A stretch of 64,000 nucleotides of DNA from Oikopleura dioica (taxonomy: Eukaryota; Animalia; Chordata). The notes beneath the pieces are model-generated. The model worked only from the letters and a program-made list of their open reading frames with translations. It did not search any database and was not told the DNA's origin. The DNA is taken from contig OU015569.1 of assembly GCA_907165135.1 (NCBI GenBank), forward strand, positions 2,294,001 to 2,358,000, written 5' to 3'. Both the position numbers and the translations under genes were made by a program. Positions 1 to 12,187 of this stretch are shown here, in pieces. Position 1 is the stretch's first letter, and each line of letters opens with the position of its first letter.

Positions 1-202
1 TAAGCCGACTATATCTTGAGATAAAACTGCACGTTGACGCATTGAGAAAAAAATATATATTTCGAACTTTATCTGTGAAAATGAAAGAAATCGATTTAAA
101 AAAGCAGAAATCGCGAACTCCTTTAATTGATGCAAGAGTAACCAGCAGAGAAAGAGGACAAAAAAGTGGCTGTGAAAAAAAGAGGTTGACTCATATTTTA
201 AG

Positions 203-3124
203 CCCTTCCGCGTCTGTCACGCAAGATGCCAAATTCGCGTGAGTTCTACACGACGGCCAAAAACCTGGATCCTAGGCATGCGAAGCCCCATTACCAGCTC
301 GGCGTCCTTTCCACCGAGCAGCAGAGACATTTTGAAGCGATCATTCATTACATTCGCGCCGCTTCTGTTGATAAGGGAGGTGGCAGTGGCACTGCAATGA
401 GCCTCAATAAAGGTACTAAACTTTGTCGTTCTCAAATCGTTAGCATAAAAAATAGAGTTCGAAATGGCTCGCCGCGAAGCAGTGTCTTTCCTCGCCCGAA
501 AGGAGCACCAAAAAGAACTAGCAAAAACACTGGACAATCGAGAAATCTGGTTCATAAAGAGAAAACTGCCGAATATGTCGAAAGAGCAGCTGAATAAGCG
601 TTTTAAATTGACGTTTCTCGCAGCTCTTGGTCGAATATTCACTGGGATCGACGTCGCTATGGTCAAAGACTTTCTGGAACAAGCGTACAGTGATTTGGAC
701 TCGCTCATTTCAATGACAAAGAATGGCGAAAGGCCATACATCCCCGCCGGTTTCCTCGTTGAATTGTCGATCGCCGCTGTCTTCGGAATTCAGCAAAGTA
801 TCGAAAGGAAGCAAAACGAGAAGGACGCGTTGATGATGTTCTTCGGTCTCTTGGCGCTGCTCTGTAGAAGACTCAAAAACAAACTCAAGAGCTTGATGAA
901 GACATGTCCGGACGGGGACATTTACATCATCGGGGACGGAATGTGTCGACTACTCGCTTTTGACGAGATTCAAAATCGTACGACCCATGTCTACCCGAAT
1001 CCGGGAAGAACGATCAACGAGATAAAACAGCGAGTTGAGCAGCTATCAATAACTACTGGTAAGAAAATGCACGATTTATATATGCCTGCCTCAAGCGTCC
1101 CTCCCAGTCCCACATGGTCTAGGGGTTAGGATTTCGGATTTTCACTCCGACGGCCCGGGTTCGATTCCCGGTGTGGGAGGACTTTTTCGTTTTTGATTTC
1201 TTACTGTTATTCAGGTCCTACTGTACCCATCTGCATCTTGCACGTCGGTAGCGAGGATTCATCGACTGCTCATCAGACAAAACCGGTTGAAGAGATCGTC
1301 ACGAACTTCCGCGAACTCGTTTCCGTCGTTAAGGTTCGTCAGAGGAAATGATTCAATAAAATTCAATAACTAAATTTACTTTCAAATAGTCGACCTTTCC
1401 AAACGCTGCGATTTACTTTTCTGAGATTTTCCCTCGCTGGGATCAGGACAGTTCCAGATCAGAAAAGCTCAATAATGAGATGTACAGAATTGCGCCAGAG
1501 CTAGGCATCAAATTCCTTCGAAACAAAGAAAATTTCAACAGGAAGGAATTATTCGTATTCAAGTATGGCTATCTTCAGATCTCAATTTTTTTTTGCTTTG
1601 AATTAGGGAGAAAGAACTGACGGTCTTGAGCGACAAGGGCAAGAAGCTATTTAGTTCGGAGCTCACCAAGGTAGACAAGAAGCGTTTCGATAGTACACTA
1701 AGGAATGAATTCTAGTGCATCGAAAAAGAGCTGTCAAGCCACAACGATTTCGGCCGAGCGCTTGAGAACGATCAAGTGAGCGCACTTCTGCCAGCAATGC
1801 GCATTCTCACCGAGTACTTGGCCACTCATCACCAACAGTAATGATTGAAGCAGTGATAGACAGTTACGGAGTTTTTAGCTCAATGTTCGCCAGCCAGAGG
1901 ATCCAAAATCTGGAAAGTGTAGGCAGCTGTGGAGCGATTTTCTCCGAGCTAGCGAATTTGATCTGCCACAAGGAACTCCCTGTTCACGTTTCTTCCACGA
2001 CCAGGAGCAATCACCAAGATACAGTGAATTGTATCGAAACTGTCGATTTACAGGGATTCAAGCCGCTCAAAAACTCTGAAATCGGAAGGGTATTGTCCGT
2101 CATCTACCTCTCCCGGTTATCGCTTTTCTTAGGACTGGTTTGGTGCGAAGAGCAACCGACTTTTCGAAAATACAGTTCGAATGACAGTTATCTCCAAAGC
2201 CTTGGACGCCCATGCGAAGGAGGAAAATCGAGCGTTCCGTGTTCACAGAGGCCAGTTTTTGCCAACAGAGACTGACAAGAATAGCCCGAATGCGACCGAC
2301 GACCGCTATTTGGTGAAATACGTAGTGCCGGATACTAACTGCTGGATCGAAAAATCAGATAAACGTGAGTATTCAGTCATTATCTATAACCTATAGACTA
2401 TAGGCTACAGTATAGCGGGTGTTCGCTCTCCCGCTGAGTGAAAGATGGATCGTTTTTTAGAACATCGTGCGCCATCTTTTGGTCGAGCTAAAGCTTAAAT
2501 ATAGCAGTAAATCGTAAAAAATCAAGGAATAACATGTTCTTCAAATGAAGCAGTATCACATATGTACTTGAATCAATGAAAATCTTTATCAGGTCATTCG
2601 AAAATAGTTTCAAATAAAAATTGTAATGAATGAGAACTGAAAAAATAACCTGTCTTCCAGTGTCGAAATTATTCAATCTCGAAGATCTTCATCTGGAAGT
2701 GCTCGTTTCGCTCTGCGTCAAAGCCGAGCTTGAAGGTCTGACAAAGTCAGAAAAGCCAAAAGTCGCGAAGCAAGCAGAAAAGTCCCTCGATCTAATTGAA
2801 TCCGAACGACTTCGTTCGCTTACTTCGAAGGGAGTCATTCTTGCAGGTTAGTTTGATCCTTCTTTACGGGGACAAGAGTTAACGATCGAAATTTTAGCTG
2901 GAAAATCGTACGCGGAGCAGCATCAAAACAATATCCGAAACGACGATATCATCAAAAACTCAGTGAAACTTGCCAAGAACTCCGTTCTATTAACAGACGA
3001 TAAAAACCTAATGGTAGATTCGTATTTAGATATGATTGAATAACTTGTTCAGTTAAAATCTCGTTCCGAAAAAGTGCCTGTAATGATGGTGCATCAATTC
3101 CTCGACTGGAGCAGCAACTGCTAG
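203..3124 (+). CDS. SMG6: SMG6/EST1-family nonsense-mediated decay endonuclease (EST1/TPR region plus C-terminal PIN domain); multi-exon, 5' end uncertain
   Basis: AKNLDPRHAKPHYQLGVLS..AIIHYIRA matches the EST1 motif. Spliced C-terminus has VVPDTNCWI, KAELEGL, RNDDII and VLLTDDKNL, i.e. the acidic PIN catalytic residues of SMG6 (degenerate in SMG5). GT-AG introns keep frame to TAG at 3122-3124. Confidence 0.8.
1108..1179 (+). tRNA. tRNA-Glu (anticodon TTC), intronic
   Basis: Acceptor stem TCCCACA/TGTGGGA, anticodon stem TCGGA/TCCGA around loop TTTTCAC, T-arm CCGGG-TTCGATT-CCCGG, A and B boxes intact. Lies in SMG6 intron 1059-1214. Confidence 0.95.
1183..1187 (+). terminator. RNA polymerase III terminator (T5) of the tRNA-Glu gene
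   Basis: TTTTT 4 nt after the tRNA discriminator base, with another T-run just downstream. Confidence 0.6.
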
Positions 3125-3999
3125 AAATCGCGCTAAATCCAAGCAGCTTTCAGTGTGTGTTCCTGACTGGATGGAAATTTCTTATTCTCTCTATCGTCCA
3201 AACAAGTTCAAACAAACCAAATTCAAGAAAACATAAAACTAAAACCGAAAATCGTCAAAAATGAAAATTGAGCTTCTTCCTGTCACGACTTCAGAAACGT
3301 TCTTGGCCACATCGAACACTTGCCACTGCATAACGACGCAACATTTTTTCCTTTTCTACTTTTTAACACTTTCAGTTTCAATTTCGAGGCAGGCCCCTCC
3401 CTTTTTCCACAAATTCAAGATCTCCAATTTCTTTCTTTCGTTTTAAAAATCAACTTTTGCCGCTACTGACTGATTTTTTTCCAAAAATCTCCCGAAACAA
3501 GTGACGCAAGGCCGTTTTTTCTTTCGTACAAAACAAAAAAAAAGACCTTACAACATTTCTCAACGCAATTTGAACATTTTCTTGTGATAAAAGACCGTAA
3601 AAGTAGTGTTTCTATCAGTGAGAGCTTTCATTCTACTCATACCGCTTTCTTTGTAAATGTGATTTTTGCTTAACCTGCTTCCTGTTTTCTCTATTTTATG
3701 TTCTCGTGTGCCTTTCCTTGCTTCCCGAGAGCAAGAAGAGGAGAAGAAGATCGAGTCTGAGTCGGTTATCCTCTTTCTCTTTGTTCTGTCTTTCTTCTCC
3801 TCATTTATATATAAATCGGCAAAGAAAAAAACTAAAACTTTAAAACATTTAAACTCTTCAATTTCTTGTTCTACTGCTTTTCTGCCAGCATTGGTCCAAT
3901 TTATTCATACAAAACAATTTCTTTCGCTTTCAAATAAATTTCTTTCCCTTTCAGAAAGCGTCCAACGGGTGTCTGCTTTGTCCCTGGTACAATCCGCAA

Positions 4000-5696
<1,697 letters not shown>

Positions 5697-7178
5697 AAAG
5701 AACATCGGACAATCGCAATAATTTCAACTCCGCAGTACTTCAAAAAACCTTCTTTTATCAGAAAAAAGGAACACAGGTGCTCCTTTTTTAAATTTATCCA
5801 CTTACCTTTCCTTTACTTGTATTATTTGAGCGGTAAACCCTAAAGATGATGCTGCTCTCCATTAATAATCGTTCGGACAAAGACTTTTTTGTCGGTTCCT
5901 CTTTGAAAGTAATTTTGTTTTTTAACGATCTTCTTAAAATTGATCGTGACGTTAAAAAAGTCCTTTTCTGGTCTTTTTGTCTCTGGAAAACTGCTTCAAT
6001 TCCGGACATTTTGTATAACAAAAATTTTGACTTTTATCAACCTACAAAACAAACTCGTATTCTTCATTCTAAAAGTCTGTTTAATTTTTATTGTGCCCAC
6101 TTAGAACTAACAGAAATGTTACTTCCGGGCTCTTTTTTTATCAAAATGCTTGCTTGCCTATTTTTTCAAAACCAAAACATACTACTATTCTTCTTCTTCT
6201 TTTGCTTTGGACAGAAGAAGAACATTCAAGAGTCTCTTGTCAGACTTGTTAAAAAGAAAATATCCAAATATTGTATTCTGAAATTCACCAGCTTCACAAC
6301 TCTCTTTTTTAATCTCTGGACCTACAAAATATGTCATTTCATCAAATATTCATAACTTCAACCTATTCATAAAAAATAAAGACAAAAACTATCGCTGCTG
6401 ATTGTCACTAAGTTCCCACTCAGTGGTTCCTAAATCCAACAGACAAAAAGTTGCCACTGGTATTAGCTGTACGAATTCATTTCTGTTCAACGTTTTTTTC
6501 CTTTCCTCGAACTATCGCAAACGCTTTGTGGCGGTAAATTGAAACTCATCTGTCTTGGCCAATTTTTATTGTGCAATAATATAATAATAATGATCCGATA
6601 GAGCTCGAGTTGAAACTGAACCCGCTTGACCAATCCTAGTTTTATTACTGTACTGGTATTTAACGATTTAACTCATTAAATCATCGAAGAACACTGGCGA
6701 CTAGTACCAGTGGCAATTTGAGGCATGCAAAAACGAAGATGTCTATAGAGAATATGGTTTTAGCGTAAGTTACCGATCTTGAGTAGTGGAAGACCAATCC
6801 GTAAAATAGGATCTTGACGCACGATTAAAGTAGGAGGGATGAAGGAAAGATGCCTGGTCAGGCGGGTTCAGTCACAAGTTCACGGCTTGCGAGCGGTTAC
6901 ATAATACTAGCTGGATTCAGATTTTGTCAATATTGAAGCTTTCCCGTTCGGGTTCAGCCGAGGGCGCGGCGCTTCTCACGACCAGTGGCCGTTTTTGTCG
7001 ACTCAAGTTGAAGTGGAGCGACCCCACGTTACCCAGCCATTGCTACTTACGCTCCAGCCAAAATAATAAAGAAAAGAGAAATTATAAACCAAGGATTGTA
7101 AATACAAACTGAGAGAAAGTGAGAAGGAATAACTACACACAGCACGAGGCGTGATCTACTGATGGACCCCGAGGATAA

Positions 7179-10010
7179 ATGCTGATCTTTTTCTTACTGG
7201 CTACGACGATACTCAGTGAAAGCGACTTTTCTGGTAATAAAAGTTTTTTTTTTACTTCTATCATTCTACAAAGAACATGAAGTGCTCAAGAAGTTGAACA
7301 TCCTTTTTAGAGAATCTCTGGTACAACTCGTTCGCGGACAGCGACGGGAAACTCGAGTACTCGTGCGTCGGAACTCCACGAAAAAATCCTGCGGAAACCG
7401 CCAGCGACGTTATTGGACCCTTCGAGGAGCTACGTCAGCAGTACCCGACAATATGTTCCTGCTACGACGATGTTCGAAACGAAGAACTTTGTCCCATCGA
7501 CGTGAAGGCCGAGGCGGACAGCTGCGGACTTGTGTGCAAGATCAACTGCCGCAATCAGCGCGACCCGCTCAAATGCTTTGACAATCAGACGGGCGAACTT
7601 ACAGAAGGGACGGGCTCTAATGCAAACTCCTTGTAGTCTAGACTTATTCTTTTTTCGCAGGGAGCAGTTGCGACAAATATTACATTTCCTCGATACAGTA
7701 CGTGACTGTAGTTGCTCATGTGCGTGTTTTCTGTCTGCAATGGTTCGGCTTCCAGATCAGCCTTTTTCAGCCAATAAAATAAATTATTTATTGAGCCCGA
7801 ACTCAGGTGCTCCGCAAAACCGAAGCTGCACCTTTCACCTCCGCTTCCCTTTTGAACCCGAGAACGACAAGCTTTATCCCTTTCCAGCGCGCGAGGACAA
7901 TGGCTACTTCATCGAACACATTTATCGCAGTTGTCTTCACAAAAACTATGAGAACGATCAAGGTGAGTTCACTTTCTGCCATTTCTCTATCTTATCCATG
8001 GTTTTCTAGTTGACGACGCAGTGGCGCATCCCTTTTACTACTGCCAAAGCGTTGACTCGTGTCAGATTCTTGATTGTACCAATTTAACCGTCGAAAATAT
8101 CATGTTTTATTACAGCGACATTGGTAAGTAGCCACTTTATTTTTCCTGGACATCCAGTTTGAATAATTATCGCTAAAACGATTTTTAAACGTAGACAGAA
8201 GCTATTACTATCATCTTCGTAAGTTACTACAGATTACTAAGTATACTACTGGAGACTAAAAGACTCGAAATTCTTCGCGATTTTAACAAGAAGTCATTAC
8301 TAGAAATACTAGAATCAAAAATCTTCATTTCTAATTTACGGGTGTGTCTTTTAGTTGGAGTGTCTTATCCTTAAAATCGCGAGGCAATCCTCCCATTCGA
8401 CTGGTCGTTGGTTAATTCAAAGTTAAGATCATTTTCCTGCGCAGAAAACGACGCCCGACAGGCACTTCATTTGCTCGTGCGATTACCCTTTCGTCAGTGC
8501 CCCTGGAGAACGCAACTTCACCAGTTGCAAGGCAAACGTCGAAGCCGTCTGGGCAGAGCTCAACTCGTTCAACGCTTTAGAAAAGTGCCTTATTGTCAAT
8601 CAATGTAACACTGCTTGCGCTCAAGAGAAAAACGCCGCCAACTTGAGGTAATGCTCGAGAACTGCTTCTGTTCCACGAGATCTTACTCTTGCTTAGTATG
8701 AACAAGAAGTTGCGGCAAATCTGCGGCCAAGTTGGCGGACCAAACACCTTCCTGCTTTGGATTTGCTTCTTTGCCGTTTCGACGGCCGTGTTGTTCGTGC
8801 TCGTCGCTTACCGCCGTTGCAAGAGTTTTGGCTTTCGCGGTTCTGGTGGTCATGGGACAGACGCCGGCGCCACGGAAGTCACAATCCTTGTTGATTCCCG
8901 AGAAGAGCCTCTTCTCAAAGCTCTGAAAGTCTTCGAAGGTAGACGCTTGTAGTTGAAACAATCTCTCATCTCTCGCTTTTCAGGAAGCATTGAGACGAAG
9001 GCGGTCCCATACATTCTCACCAAGTTCCGTGATTTATATTCTCAAAGTTCAATCTTCGGCAGCATAACTTCTTCTGACGTTCTCAACGGGCGCCTGCCCC
9101 ATCATTTCCTAGAACTTGACGCGTTTCTTCAAAGCCACTGTATTAATCAGGTGAGGGCGAAGCGAAGTAATCAGTCTTGCTGACGATCGAGTTCAGAATT
9201 CTTATCTTGACGATAACAAAGTTATCAAACTGCTCTACGATCTGAGTTGGTGGATCAACGAGCTCCACGGATCAGACCACGGAGGCCACAATGACAAATG
9301 GAGCCAAGAGCCAAAGACCTGGAGCATTTTTCACGGCGCAATCAATCCAACTAACATCAGAATCTGTATCCAAAACAACTGTACATATCTCATAGGTAGG
9401 CTCTTACAGTCTCACAGTCGAAAACTCAAACTCAGTCGTCAACTTCGCAACTGCCTCAGATCTACTTAATCAGCAAACTGTAAATAACCCATGTTACAAT
9501 GAAGACTCAAAGGTAAAGAGCGCAAATGATTGCAAACAGGGACTTACTATCCGTTTAGCTGAGCTTCCATGGAAATTACCTGCCGCCCGAAATGATTACT
9601 AACCCTGAGAAGTCGGAGAAACGTTGCGTCTTGTCGGCGGATATCTACGCTTTCGCTTGCATTGCTTGGAAACTGCTTCACGCCTCTGTCGATCCTGCTT
9701 GCGCGCTAGAAGACCCTTATGACAGAGAGCTTAAAAAACTCAAAAGCGAAGTGCCAAATAGCTCGGAGCTGAGCGATAGCCAGAGCTTGAAGCTCCTTTT
9801 TGAGGATCGCTCGTTGAGGCCTAGCTTGTCTTTCGCTCGCGCCGAGCAGGACAAAATCGTCGACCTAATAAGTAAGGCGATTCAGTAGAACGGAGTCTAT
9901 TTTGCCCCTTTTCAGATGACTGTTGGGTAGAACAGCCCGCGCTTAGATTGACTGCCGCACAACTCTTCCATCGTGTGAATGAGCTGTCCAGATGTTCTTC
10001 ATCAGTTTGA
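7179..10010 (+). CDS. Single-pass receptor: signal peptide, Cys-rich ectodomain, TM helix, TGF-beta-receptor-like (TKL) pseudokinase domain
   Basis: Exon 1 MLIFFLLATTIL; exon phases chain consistently (7179-7233, 7311-7606, 7661-7697, 7807-7962, 8010-8123, 8428-8647, 8697 onward). TM FLLWICFFAVSTAVLFVLVAY then RRCK. Kinase-like motifs ALKVF, FHGAINPTNIRI, VVNFA, GNYLPPEM, SADIYAFACIAWKL, LRPSL, DCW..RLTA. Confidence 0.72.
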
Positions 10011-10468
10011 CTGTTTCTGTTCAAATGACTATTATTATCAAAAAGAACACTTATTATCCTAATAAAGACCAAAATTCACTCAAATAAAACAGAAAATACT
10101 TATGTCGTTGTCTTTTTAGCAAGATAGAATCAAAGGGGAGTGCATGAAAATTGAAAATTTGAATCCAATCAATCCGCGTTATTTATTCAATAAGTTCAGG
10201 CATATAATAACAATAATTTTGCCCATTTCACTTTCGCCGAAAATTCCAGTTCAGGAACAGGTGATATCGGGGATTTCCTTCATGTCTATCGTTCTTTTGA
10301 GATCCAAGCTGCTCTATCAAAGAAATCATCAAAATCGTTCGCTTTTTGTACTTTTCCCTTCAATGTCTGCGAATTTATGTTACAGGCTGGATAGGCAGAT
10401 ATTACTAATGAGGCATGGCAAGTTATTGAGCAACTTTCGATCAATCTGTTGACCAGAGTGTTCTTAGA

Positions 10469-11109
10469 ATGGAGGCTAATGCGAACGAGGCCCCACAAGA
10501 GCCCAAGAACCCTTACCTCGATTCTGACTTTGACTTTGGAAAAGAAAATGCCTTCATGTTGAACGAAGTGCAGAACGACATCGCCTTCAATTTGAATAAA
10601 ATCCAGCAGAAATATATTTACTCCAAAATGGGTAGGGACGCTTTTGGCTTGAAAAATGACATTATTGCGGTTTTTTGGTAGCAAAGATGTACAGATGCAT
10701 GGCTGATTGCGAAGAGACAGAAAGTCGCGTTCGAGAGATTCCTCGTTGCCAGGCCGAGTGCTCGGAGAAGTTTGTCACTCCTGCGCGGCGCATCATCGAG
10801 GCCGAAGTCGACAGAGTCAACAACATGATCAATTTTGAATTGGATGAGTGCATCCAGACGGCGCGTAGCACCATTTACTCGGACAGTTTTAAAGAAGGTA
10901 AGTTGACTAGCTGGAATCGGGAATGAGTGCGATTTTTAGAAAACCGAGAAGCTGTGAATAACGAATATATGTTCTGCAACAAGATCGCATTGTCTGCCTT
11001 TAGCTCGCTCGTAAAGGGTGGCAAGTTTCTGGAGAAAGTCGGCAATAGACTCGAAGCAGAAACGCGAAGGGATGCAAAACTCGCCCAGACTGCCAAGAAG
11101 AGGCGATAG
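10469..11109 (+). CDS. FAM136A/DUF842-like small helical protein (3 exons)
   Basis: Two GT-AG introns keep frame. KMAKMYRCMADCEE..RCQAECSE gives twin CX3C motifs in the FAM136A arrangement (recalled similarity only). Confidence 0.5.
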
Positions 11110-11665
11110 AACTCGAAACTCGTTTTCTCGACTCTCTATTCTTCCTCTAGATTCTTCTTTTTATCTCTAAATAGTTCCAGCCTGAAGAAAACAAACTTCA
11201 GCGCTCTCATTTTTTCCTAAATTCTTTGTCAAAGACTCCATCGTGCGAGTCTTATTTTTTCGTAGATTTTGTGTTTCTTTCCGTTTGTTTTCGTAGAGAT
11301 CCCCTTAGAGAGAACAAGGGGCTTCGTTGATTTTGAAGTTCATAAAAAACCACCACTAATCAATTTTCCCTAACCTCATTTTTTCTCGCTCATATTTTTT
11401 TTTCTTGATTAATCATCTTTTCTTCCTAAACTCGTTTTACCTTCCTAACCCGTAAACCTCAACAATCGTTATTTTTTTCTTTTTGCTCATCCATGACACG
11501 CGCAATTGCTTCGGGAAAACTGCTTTTGCCTTGATCCGAAGCTGTTTCGACTTTTGCATCCCTTCGCAAGTGAAAATACGATGACCACTTTCTGACTTCA
11601 CTTTTATTAATTATTCTATTCTATCACAAATTATAACAATCAAGTTAGATTAATACCTCGCGGCT

Positions 11666-12022
11666 TTAGAGAAAGAAATGATTTCGGCATGTTCCAACTT
11701 TGTCCGGCGAATTTATTTTATCTACGAAATGAATACTGGAATTTATCTTCTGAAGTTTCATGAGAAAGCAATTTATCATCTCATAACTGGCCGTGAGTAC
11801 AGTTACTAGAGAGTTGATTGTTGAGTTTTCGTTAAGTTATTACTCTACTGATTTGCTATTCGACTTACACCTATCTCCCAAGCTATATGCGTAAGATGGG
11901 GCGCATTCTCTTCGGCAACATAGAAGATGAGCTGTAGTAAAGTCCGCCAAGGAAAAGAAGCTCATCAAAGAACAACGCAATTCTACTTCAAGTTGCACGG
12001 ATCTATCCTCTTCTACTTGCAT
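11666..12022 (-). CDS. Hypothetical 97-aa protein, 2 exons, divergent from PPP2R3C
   Basis: Exons 12022-11869 and 11805-11666 join in frame across a GTAAGT..TAG intron. No recognisable motif. Confidence 0.3.
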
Positions 12023-12187
12023 CGCTCACAAACGCGCTACTTCTATACACCTGCAAAGAAAAACTAACAATTTCTACTAGCTTTTTTCATTCCCAGTTCA
12101 TTTTCAAATATTTTATTTAATGCAATGATGGCTAACTTGATTTTATTCAGTCTTTGTTCCGTAATGTCGATCGTTTAATTTCAAATA

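Noticed and set aside
5846-6355. 169-aa ORF after PI4K2
   Set aside because: TTG/ATG start in T-rich sequence, F/L/K-biased, no motifs; looks like 3' UTR or intergenic DNA.
6490-7110. Exon-like fragments on both strands between PI4K2 and the receptor gene
   Set aside because: One clean minus-strand intron, but no complete ORF without assuming several non-canonical sites.
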